Assembly (NCBI RefSeq): GCF_009914755.1
Contig: NC_060934.1
Strand: one strand, 5' to 3'
Length of the DNA: 64,000 bases
From: the human T2T-CHM13v2.0 reference genome, Homo sapiens
Shown here: positions 1 to 10,457 of the stretch, in pieces
How the letters are laid out: the number at the start of each line of letters is the position of its first letter
How positions within the stretch are numbered: position 1 is the stretch's first letter
Made by a program: the position numbers and the translations under genes
Notes under the pieces: model-generated
The model's database searches: none
Told to the model about the DNA's origin: nothing
What the model saw: the letters and a program-made list of their open reading frames with translations, nothing else

Positions 1-58
1 AGAGTTGAAACACTCTGTTTTTGGAATTTACAAGTGCAGATTTCAAGCGATTCTAGGC

Positions 59-75
59 CTATGGCAGAAAAGGAA
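59..75 (+). promoter_or_regulatory. pJalpha-like site in the A-type monomer (ctatggcagaaaaggaa), alternating with CENP-B-box monomers
   Basis: Lies ~170 bp from the neighbouring CENP-B box at the equivalent monomer position; resembles the pJalpha consensus CTAYGGTGRAAAAGGAA. Confidence 0.65.
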
Positions 76-229
76 ATATCTTCGTATAAAAACTACACAG
101 AATCATTCTCAACAACTACTTTGTGATGTGTGCGTTCAACTCACAGAGTTTAACCTTTCTTTTCATAGAGCAGTTTGGAAACACTCTGTTTGTAAAGCCT
201 GCAAGTGCTTTTTTGGACTTCATTGAGGC

Positions 230-246
230 CTTCATTGGAAACGGGA
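230..246 (+). promoter_or_regulatory. Disrupted CENP-B box (CTTCATTGGAAACGGGA; CpG to CpA)
   Basis: Essential TTCG changed to TTCA, a CpG-deamination type change. Confidence 0.85.
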
Positions 247-569
247 TTTCTTCATATAATGCTAGACAGAAGAATTCTCAGTCACTTCTTTGTGTTGTGT
301 GTATTCAAGTCACAGAGTTGAACCTTCCTTTAGACAGAGCAGTTTTGAAAAATTCTTTCTGTGGAGTTTGCAAGTGGAGATTTCAAGCGATTTGAGGCTA
401 ATCTTTGAAATGGAAATATCTTCGTGTAAAAACTACACAGAATCATTCTCAGAAACTGCTTTGTCATCTGTGCGTTCAGTTCACAGAGTTTCACCTTTCT
501 CTTCATAGAGCAGTTTGGAAAGACTCTGTCTGTAAAGTCTGCAAGTGATTAGTTAGACCCCTTTGAGGC

Positions 570-586
570 CTTCGTTGGAAGCGGGA
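570..586 (+). promoter_or_regulatory. CENP-B box (dimer B type, CTTCGTTGGAAGCGGGA); representative of one per HOR
   Basis: Matches the 17-bp NTTCGNNNNANNCGGGN core required for CENP-B binding. Confidence 0.95.
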
Positions 587-908
587 TTTCTCATTTACTG
601 CTAGACAGAAGAATTCTCAGTAAATCCTTTGTGTTGTGTGTATTCAACTCACAGAGTGGAACCTTCCTTTATTCAGAGCAGTTTTGAAAAACACTTTTTG
701 TGGAATTTGCAAGTGGAGATTTCAAGCGATTTGACGCCAATCTTAGACATGGAAATATCTTCATATTAAAAGTACACAGAGTCATTCGTAGAAACTAGTT
801 TGTGATGTGTGCCTTCAACTCACAGAGTTTAACCTTTCTTTTCATAGAGCAGTTTGGAAACACTCTATTTGTAAAGTCTGCAAGTGGATATTTGGACCTC
901 TTTGAGGC

Positions 909-925
909 CTTCGTTGGAAACGGGA
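909..925 (+). promoter_or_regulatory. CENP-B box (dimer C type, canonical CTTCGTTGGAAACGGGA); box positions recur every ~340 bp through the window
   Basis: Exact canonical CENP-B box sequence. Confidence 0.97.
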
Positions 926-1290
926 TTTCTTCATACAACGCTAGACAGAAGAATTCTCAGTAACTTCTTTGTGTTGTGTGTATTCAACTCACAGAGTTGA
1001 ACCTTTCTTTAGAGAGAGCAGAGTTGAAACACTCTGTTTTTGGAATTTGCAAGTGCAGATTTCAAGCGATTCTAGGCCTATGGCAGAAAAGGAAATATCT
1101 TCGTATAAAAACTACACAGAATCATTCTCAACAACTACTTTGTGATGTGTGCGTTCAACTCACAGAGTTTAAACTTTCTTTTCATAGAGCAGTTTGGAAA
1201 CACTCTGTTTGTAAAGCCTGCAAGTGCTTTTTTGGACTTCATTGAGGCCTTCTTTGGAAACGGGATTTCTTCATATAATGCTAGACAGAA

Positions 1291-2647
1291 GAATTCTCAG
1301 TCACTTCTTTGTGTTGTGTGTATTCAAGTCACAGAGTTGAACCTTCCTTTAGACAGAGCAGTTTTGAAAAATTCTTTCTGTGGAATTTGCAAGTGGAGAT
1401 TTCAAGCGATTTGAGGCTAATCTTTGAAATGGAAATATCTTCGTGTAAAAACTACACAGAATCATTCTCAGAAACTGCTTTGTCATCTGTGCGTTCAGTT
1501 CACAGAGTTTCACCTTTCTCTTCATAGAGCAGTTTGGAAAGACTCTGTCTGTAAAGTCTGCAAGTGATTAGTTAGACCTTTTTGAGGCCTTCGTTGGAAG
1601 CGGGATTTCTCATTTACTGCTAGACAGAAGAATTCTCAGTAAATCCTTTGTGTTGTGTGTATTCAACTCACAGAGTGGAACCTTCCTTTATTCAGAGCAG
1701 TTTTGAAACACTCTTTTTGTGGAATTTGCAAGTGGAGATTTCAAGCGATTTGACGCCAATCTTAGACATGGAAATATCTTCATATTAAAAGTACACAGAG
1801 TCATTCGTAGAAACTAGTTTGTGATGTGTGCCTTCAACTCACAGAGTTTAACCTTTCTTTTCATAGAGCAGTTGGGAAACACTCTATTTGTAAAGTCTGC
1901 AAGTGGATATTTGGACCTCTTTGAGGCCTTCGTTGGAAACGGGATTTCTTCATATAACGCTAGACAGAAGAATTCTCAGTAACTTCTTTGTGTTGTGTGT
2001 ATTCAACTCACAGAGTTGAACCTTTCTTTAGAGGGAGCAGAGGTGAAACAGTCTTTTTGTGGAATTTGCTAGTGTAGATTTCAAACGCTTCGAAGTCAGT
2101 GATAGAAAAGGATATATCTTCGTATTAAAAGTAGACAAAATCATTCTCAGAAAACTCTTTGTGATGTGTGTGTTCAACTCACAGATTTTAACCTTTATTT
2201 AATCGAGCAGTTTGGAAATACACTCTTTGTAAGTCTGCAGGTGGATATTTGGCCCTCTTTGAGCCCTTCTTTGGAAACGGGATTTCCTCTTTTAATGCTA
2301 GACAGAAGAATTCTCAGTAACTTCTCTGTGTTGTTTGTATTCAACACACAGATTTGAACCTTCCTTTAGAGAGAGCAGATTTGAATCACTCTGTTTTTGG
2401 AATTTGCAAGTGCAGATTTCAAGCACTTCTAGGCCTAGGGCAGAAAAGGAAATATCTTCGTATAAAAACTACACAGAATCATTCTCAACAACTACTTTGT
2501 GATGTGTGCGTTCAACTCACAGAGTTTAACCTTTCTTTTCATAGAGCAGTTTGGAAACACTCTGTTTGTAAAGCCTGCAAGTGCTTTTTTGGACTTCATT
2601 GAGGCCTTCGTTGGAAACGGGATTTCTTCATATAATGCTAGACAGAA
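1291..2647 (+). repeat. Representative canonical 8-mer HOR (B-C-D-A, 1357 bp); 18 complete copies
   Basis: EcoRI-delimited dimers 1291-1629, 1630-1969, 1970-2307, 2308-2647. The 1357-bp spacing of dimer-B starts recurs at 18265, 19622, 21998, 26070, 27427, 30822, 34894, 36251, 39305, 40662, 44735, 48129, 51183, 52540, 57291, 58648, 61702. Confidence 0.95.
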
Positions 2648-3666
2648 GAATTCTCAGTCACTTCTTTGTGTTGTGTGTATTCAGGTCACAGAGTTGAACC
2701 TTCCTTTAGACAGAGCAGTTTTGAAAAATTCTTTCTGTGGAGTTTGCAAGTGGAGATTTCCAGCGATTTGAGGCTAATCTTTGAAATGGAAATATCTTCG
2801 TGTAAAAACTACACAGAATCATTCTCAGAAACTGCTTTGTTATCTGTGCGTTCAGTTCACAGAGTTTCACCTTTCTCTTCATAGAGCAGTTTGGAAAGAC
2901 TCTGTCTGTAAAGTCTGCAAGTGATTAGTTAGACCCCTTTGAGGCCTTCGTTGGAAGCGGGATTTCTCATTTACTGCTAGACAGAAGAATTCTCAGTAAA
3001 TCCTTTGTGTTGTGTGTATTCAACTCACAGAGTGGAACCTTCCTTTATTCAGAGCAGTTTTGAAAAACACTTTTTGTGGAATTTGCAAGTGGAGATTTCA
3101 AGCGATTTGACGCCAATCTTAGACATGGAAATATCTTCATATTAAAAGTACACAGAGTCATTCGTAGAAACTAGTTTGTGATGTGTGCCTTCAACTCACA
3201 GAGTTTAACCTTTCTTTTCATAGAGCAGTTTGGAAACACTCTATTTGTAAAGTCTGCAAGTGGATATTTGGACCTCTTTGAGGCCTTCGTTGGAAACGGG
3301 ATTTCTTCATACAACGCTAGACAGAAGAATTCTCAGTAACTTCTTTGTGTTGTGTGTATTCAACTCACAGAGTTGAACCTTTCTTTAGAGAGAGCAGAGT
3401 TGAAACACTCTGTTTTTGGAATTTGCAAGTGCAGATTTCAAGCGATTCTAGGCCTATGGCAGAAAAGGAAATATCTTCGTATAAAAACTACACAGAATCA
3501 TTCTCAACAACTACTTTGTGATGTGTGCGTTCAACTCACAGAGTTTAACCTTTCTTTTCATAGAGCAGTTTGGAAACACTCTGTTTGTAAAGCCTGCAAG
3601 TGCTTTTTTGGACTTCATTGAGGCCTTCGTTGGAAACGGGATTTCTTCATATAATGCTAGACAGAA

Positions 3667-5363
3667 GAATTCTCAGTCACTTCTTTGTGTTGTGTGTATT
3701 CAAGTCACAGAGTTGAACCTTCCTTTAGACAGAGCAGTTTTGAAAAATTCTTTCTGTGGAGTTTGCAAGTGGAGATTTCCAGCGATTTGAGGCTAATCTT
3801 TGAAATGGAAATATCTTCGTGTAAAAACTACACAGAATCATTCTCAGAAACTGCTTTGTCATCTGTGTGTTCAGTTCACAGAGTTTCACCTTTCTCTTCA
3901 TAGAGCAGTTTGGAAAGACTCTGTCTGTAAAGTCTGCAAGTGATTAGTTAGAACCCTTTGAGGCCTTCGTTGGAAGCGGGATTTCTCATTTACTGCTAGA
4001 CAGAAGAATTCTCAGTAAATCCTTTGTGTTGTGTGTATTCAACTCACAGAGTGGAACCTTCCTTTATTCAGAGCAGTTTTGAAACACTCTTTTTGTGGAA
4101 TTTGCAAGTGGAGATTTCAAGCGATTTGACGCCAATCTTAGACATGGAAATATCTTCATATTAAAAGTACACAGAGTCATTCGTAGAAACTAGTTTGTGA
4201 TGTGTGCCTTCAACTCACAGGGTTTAACCTTTCTTTTCATAGAGCAGTTGGGAAACACTCTATTTGTAAAGTCTGCAAGTGGATATTTGGACCTCTTTGA
4301 GGCCTTCGTTGGAAACGGGATTTCTTCATATAATGCTAGACAGAAGAATTCTCAGTAACTTCTTTGTGTTGTGTGTATTCAACTCACAGAGTTGAACCTT
4401 TCTTTAGAGGGAGCAGAGGTGAAACACTCTTTTTGTGGAATTTGCTAGTGTAGATTTCAAACGCTTCGAAGACAGTGATAGAAAAGGATATATCTTCGTA
4501 TTAAAAGTAGACAAAATCATTCTCAGAAAACTCTTTGTGATGTGTGCGTTCAACTCACAGAGTTTAACCTTTCTTTAATCGAGCAGTTTGGAAATACACT
4601 CTTTGTAAGTCTGCAGGTGGATATTTGGCCCTCTTTGAGCCCTTCTTTGGAAACGGGATTTCCTCTTATAATGCTAGACAGAAGAATTCTCAGTAACTTC
4701 TCTGTGTTGTTTGTATTCAACACACAGATTTGAACCTTCCTTTAGAGAGAGCAGATTTGAAACACTCTGTTTTTGGAATTTGCAAGTGCAGATTTCAAGC
4801 GCTTCTAGGCCTATGGCAGAAAAGGAAATATCTTCGTATAAAAACTACACAGAATTATTCTCAACAACTACTTTGTGATGTGTGCGTTCAACTCACAGAG
4901 GTTAACCTTTCTTTTCATAGAGCAGTTTGGAAACACTCTGTTTGTAAAGCCTGCAAGTGCTTTTTTGGACTTCATTGAGGCCTTCGTTGGAAACGGGATT
5001 TCTTCATACAACGCTAGACAGAAGAATTCTCAGTAACTACTTTGTGTTGTGTGTATTCAACTCACAGAGTTGAACCTTTCTTTAGAGAGAACAGAGTTGA
5101 AACACTCTGTTTTTGGAATTTGCAAGTGCAGATTTCAAGCGATTCTAGGCCTATGGCAGAAAAGGAAATATCTTCGTATAAAAACTACACAGAATCATTC
5201 TCAACAACTACTTTGTGATGTGTGCATTCAACTCACAGAGTTTAACCTTTCTTTTCATAGAGCAGTTTGGAAACACTCTGTTTGTAAAGCCTGCAAGTGC
5301 TTTTTTGGACTTCATTGAGGCCTTCGTTGGAAACGGGATTTCTTCATATAATGCTAGACAGAA
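3667..5363 (+). repeat. Representative 10-mer HOR variant (B-C-D-A-A', 1697 bp); 13 copies starting at 3667, 10458, 13174, 14871, 16568, 24373, 33197, 37608, 43038, 49486, 53897, 55594, 60005
   Basis: 1697-bp spacing of dimer-B starts; two consecutive dimers carry the A signature (ctaggcctatggcag, caacaactactttg, aaagcctgcaagtgctttttt). Confidence 0.95.
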
Positions 5364-8300
5364 GAATTCTCAGTCACTGCTTTGTGTTGTGTGTATTCAA
5401 GTCACAGAGTTGAACCTTCCTTTAGACAGAGCAGTTTTGAAAAATTCTTTCTGTGGAGTTTGCAAGTGGAGATTTCAAGCGATTTGAGGCTAATCTTTGA
5501 AATGGAAATATCTTCGTGTAAAAACTACACAGAATCATTCTCAGAAACTGCTTTGTCATCTGTGCGTTCAGTTCACAGAGTTTCACCTTTCTCTTCATAG
5601 AGCAGTTTGGAAAACTCTGTCTGTAAAGTCTGCAAGTGATTAGTTAGACCCCTTTGAGGCCTTCCTTGGAAGCGGGATTTCTCATTTACTGCTAGACAGA
5701 AGAATTCTCAGTAAATCCTTTGTGTTGTGTGTATTCAACTCACAGAGTGGAACCTTCCTTTATTCAGAGCAGTTTTGAAAAACACTTTTTGTGGAATTTG
5801 CAAGTGGAGATTTCAAGCGATTTGACGCCAATCTTAGACATGGAAATATCTTCATATTAAAAGTACACAGAGTCATTCGTAGAAACTAGTTTGTGATGTG
5901 TGCCTTCAACTCACAGAGTTTAACCTTTCTTTTCATAGAGCAGTTTGGAAACACTCTATTTGTAAAGTCTGCAAGTGGATATTTGGACCTCTTTGAGGCC
6001 TTCGTTGGAAACGGGATTTCTTCATACAACGCTAGACAGAAGAATTCTCAGTAACTTCTTTGTGTTGTGTGTATTCAACTCACAGAGTTGAACCTTTCTT
6101 TAGAGAGAGCAGAGTTGAAACACTCTGTTTTTGGAATTTGCAACTGCAGATTTCAAGCGATTCTAGGCCTATGGCAGAAAAGGAAATATCTTCGTATAAA
6201 AACTACACAGAATCATTCTCAACAACTACTTTGTGATGTGTGCGTTCAACTCACAGAGTTTAACCTTTCTTTTCATAGAGCAGTTTGGAAACACTCTGTT
6301 TGTAAAGCCTGCAAGTGCTTTTTTGGACTTCATTGAGGCCTTCGTTGGAAACGGGATTTCTTCATATAATGCTAGACAGAAGAATTCTCAGTCACTTCTT
6401 TGTGTTGTGTGTATTCAAGTCACAGAGTTGAACCTTCCTTTAGACAGAGCAGTTTTGAAAAATTGTTTCTGTGGAGTTTGCAAGTGGAGATTTCCAGCGA
6501 TTTGAGGCTAATCTTTGAAATGGAAATATCTTCGTGTAAAAACTACACAGAATCATTCTCAGAAACTGCTTTGTCATCTGTGCGTTCAGTTCACAGAGTT
6601 TCACCTTTCTCTTCATAGAGCAGTTTGGAAAGACTCTGTCTGTAAAGTCTGCAAGTGATTAGTTAGACCCCTTTGAGGCCTTCGTTGGAAGCGGGATTTC
6701 TCATTTACTGCTAGACAGAAGAATTCTCAGTAAATCCTTTGTGTTGTGTGTATTCAACTCACAGAGTGGAACCTTCCTTTATTCAGAGCAGTTTTGAAAA
6801 ACACTTTTTGTGGAATTTGCAAGTGGAGATTTCAAGCGATTTGACGCCAATCTTAGACATGGAAATATCTTCATATTAAAAGTACACAGAGTCATTCGTA
6901 GAAACTAGTTTGTGATGTGTGCCTTCAACTCACAGAGTTTAACCTTTCTTTTCATAGAGCAGTTTGGAAACACTCTATTTGTAAAGTCTGCAAGTGGATA
7001 TTTGGACCTCTTTGAGGCCTTCGTTGGAAACGGGATTTCTTCATACAACGCTAGACAGAAGAATTCTCAGTAACTTCTTTGTGTTGTGTGTATTCAACTC
7101 ACAGAGTTGAACCTTTCTTTAGAGAGAGCAGAGTTGAAACACTCTGTTTTTGGAATTTGCAACTGCAGATTTCAAGCGATTCTAGGCCTATGGCAGAAAA
7201 GGAAATATCTTCGTATAAAAACTACACAGAATCATTCTCAACAACTACTTTGTGATGTGTGCGTTCAACTCAAAGAGTTTAACCTTTCTTTTCATAGAGC
7301 AGTTTGGAAACACTCTGTTTGTAAAGCCTGCAAGTGCTTTTTTGGACTTCATTGAGGCCTTCGTTGGAAACGGGATTTCTTCATATAATGCTAGACAGAA
7401 GAATTCTCAGTCACTGCTTTGTGTTGTGTGTATTCAAGTCACAGAGTTGAACCTTCCTTTAGACAGAGCAGTTTTGAAAAATTCTTTCTGTGGAGTTTGC
7501 AAGTGGAGATTTCAAGCGATTTGAGGCTAATCTTTGAAATGGAAATATCTTCGTGTAAAAACTACACAGAATCATTCTCAGAAACTGCTTTGTCATCTGT
7601 GCGTTCAGTTCACAGAGTTTCACCTTTCTCTTCATAGAGCAGTTTGGAAGGACTCTGTCTGTAAAGTCTGCAAGTGATTAGTTAGACCCCTTTGAGGCCT
7701 TCGTTGGAAGCGGGATTTCTCATTTACTGCTAGACAGAAGAATTCTCAGTAAATCCTTTGTGTTGTGTGTATTCAACTCACAGAGTGGAACCTTCCTTTA
7801 TTCAGAGCAGTTTTGAAAAACACTTTTTGTGGAATTTGCAAGTGGAGATTTCAAGCGATTTGACGCCAATCTTAGACATGGAAATATCTTCATATTAAAA
7901 GTACACAGAGTCATTCGTAGAAACTAGTTTGTGATGTGTGCCTTCAACTCACAGAGTTTAACCTTTCTTTTCATAGAGCAGTGTGGAAACACTCTATTTG
8001 TAAAGTCTGCAAGTGGATATTTGGACCTCTTTGAGGCATTCGTTGGAAACGGGATTTCTTCATACAACGCTAGACAGAAGAATTCTCAGTAACTTCTTTG
8101 TGTTGTGTGTATTCAACTCACAGAGTTGAACCTTTCTTTAGAGAGAGCAGAGTTGAAACACTCTGTTTTTGGAATTTGCAAGTGCAGATTTCAAGCGATT
8201 CTAGGCCTATGGCAGAAAAGGAAATATCTTCGTATAAAAACTACACAGAATCATTCTCAACAACTACTTTGTGATGTGTGCGTTCAACTCACAGAGTTTA

Positions 8301-10457
8301 ACCTTTCTTTTCATAGAGCAGTTTGGAAACACTCTGTTTGTAAAGCCTGCAAGTGCTTTTTTGGACTTCATTGAGGCCTTTGTTGGAAACGGGATTTCTT
8401 CATATAATGCTAGACAGAAGAATTCTCAGTCACTTCTTTGTGTTGTGTGTATTCAAGTCACAGAGTTGAACCTTCCTTTAGACAGAGCAGTTTTGAAAAA
8501 TTCTTTCTGTGGAGTTTGCAAGTGGAGATTTCCAGCGATTTGAGGCTAATCTTTGAAATGGAAATATCTTCGTGTAAAAACTACACAGAATCATTCTCAG
8601 AAACTGCTTTGTCATCTGTGCGTTCAGTTCACAGAGTTTCACCTTTCTCTTCATAGAGCAGTTTGGAAAGACTCTGTCTGTAAAGTCTGCAAGTGATTAG
8701 TTAGACCCCTTTGAGGCCTTCGTTGGAAGCGGGATTTCTCATTTACTGCTAGACAGAAGAATTCTCAGTAAATCCTTTGTGTTGTGTGTATTCAACTCAC
8801 AGAGTGGAACCTTCCTTTATTCAGAGCAGTTTTGAAAAACACTTTTTGTGGAATTTGCAAGTGGAGATTTCAAGCGATTTGACGCCAATCTTAGACATGG
8901 AAATATCTTCATATTAAAAGTACACAGAGTCATTCGTAGAAACTAGTTTGTGATGTGTGCCTTCAACTCACAGAGTTTAACCTTTCTTTTCATAGAGCAG
9001 TTGGGAAACACTCTATTTGTAAAGTCTGCAAGTGGATATTTGGACCTCTTTGAGGCCTTCGTTGGAAACGGGATTTCTTCATACAACGCTAGACAGAAGA
9101 ATTCTCAGTAACTTCTTTGTGTTGTGTGTATTCAACTCACAGAGTTGAACCTTTCTTTAGAGAGAGCAGAGTTGAAACACTCTGTTTTTGGAATTTGCAA
9201 CTGCAGATTTCAAGCGATTCTAGGCCTATGGCAGAAAAGGAAATATCTTCGTATAAAAACTACACAGAATCATTCTCAACAACTACTTTGTGATGTGTGC
9301 GTTCAACTCACAGAGTTTAACCTTTCTTTTCATAGAGCAGTTTGGAAACACTCTGTTTGTAAAGCCTGCAAGTGCTTTTTTGGACTTCATTGAGGCCTTC
9401 GTTGGAAACGGGATTTCTTCATATAATGCTAGACAGAAGAATTCTCAGTCACTTCTTTGTGTTGTGTGTATTCAAGTCACAGAGTTGAACCTTCCTTTAG
9501 ACAGAGCAGTTTTGAAAAATTCTTTCTGTGGAGTTTGCAAGTGGAGATTTCCAGCGATTTGAGGCTAATCTTTGAAATGGAAATATCTTCGTGTAAAAAC
9601 TACACAGAATCATTCTCAGAAACTGCTTTGTCATCTGTGCGTTCAGTTCACAGAGTTTCACCTTTCTCTTCATAGAGCAGTTTGGAAAGACTCTGTCTGT
9701 AAAGTCTGCAAGTGATTAGTTAGACCCCTTTGAGGCCTTCGTTGGAAGCGGGATTTCTCATTTACTGCTAGACAGAAGAATTCTCAGTAAATCCTTTGTG
9801 TTGTGTGTATTCAACTCACAGAGTGGAACCTTCCTTTATTCAGAGCAGTTTTGAAAAACACTTTTTGTGGAATTTGCAAGTGGAGATTTCAAGCGATTTG
9901 ACGCCAATCTTAGACATGGAAATATCTTCATATTAAAAGTACACAGAGTCATTCGTAGAAACTAGTTTGTGATGTGTGCCTTCAACTCACAGAGTTTAAC
10001 CTTTCTTTTCATAGAGCAGTTTGGAAACACTCTATTTGTAAAGTCTGCAAGTGGATATTTGGACCTCTTTGAGGCCTTCGTTGGAAACGGGATTTCTTCA
10101 TACAACGCTAGACAGAAGAATTCTCAGTAACTTCTTTGTGTTGTGTGTATTCAACTCACAGAGTTGAACCTTTCTTTAGAGAGAGCAGAGTTGAAACACT
10201 CTGTTTTTGGAATTTGCAACTGCAGATTTCAAGCGATTCTAGGCCTATGGCAGAAAAGGAAATATCTTCGTATAAAAACTACACAGAATCATTCTCAACA
10301 ACTACTTTGTGATGTGTGCGTTCAACTCACAGAGTTTAACCTTTCTTTTCATAGAGCAGTTTGGAAACACTCTGTTTGTAAAGCCTGCAAGTGCTTTTTT
10401 GGACTTCATTGAGGCCTTCGTTGGAAACGGGATTTCTTCATATAATGCTAGACAGAA
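5364..10457 (+). repeat. Run of five consecutive 6-mer HORs
   Basis: Dimer-B markers at 5382, 6400, 7419, 8438, 9457, 10476 (spacings 1018, 1019, 1019, 1019, 1019); no dimer D in the interval. Confidence 0.95.

Larger units (their letters stand above)
272..1290 (+). repeat. Representative 6-mer HOR variant (B-C-A', 1019 bp); 14 copies starting at 272, 2648, 5364, 6382, 7401, 8420, 9439, 12155, 20979, 23355, 28784, 29803, 32179, 42019
   Basis: Spacing of 1019 bp (1018 bp in three copies with 1-bp deletions) between successive dimer-B starts (gaattctcagtcacttc...ttcaagtcacag); dimer D absent. Confidence 0.95.

Noticed and set aside
272-1290. Assignment to D7Z1 (6-mer) or D12Z3 (8-mer)
   Set aside because: The co-existing 6- and 8-mers with an RsaI site per unit and PstI in the 8-mer fit chromosome 10 better by recollection; disfavoured rather than formally excluded.
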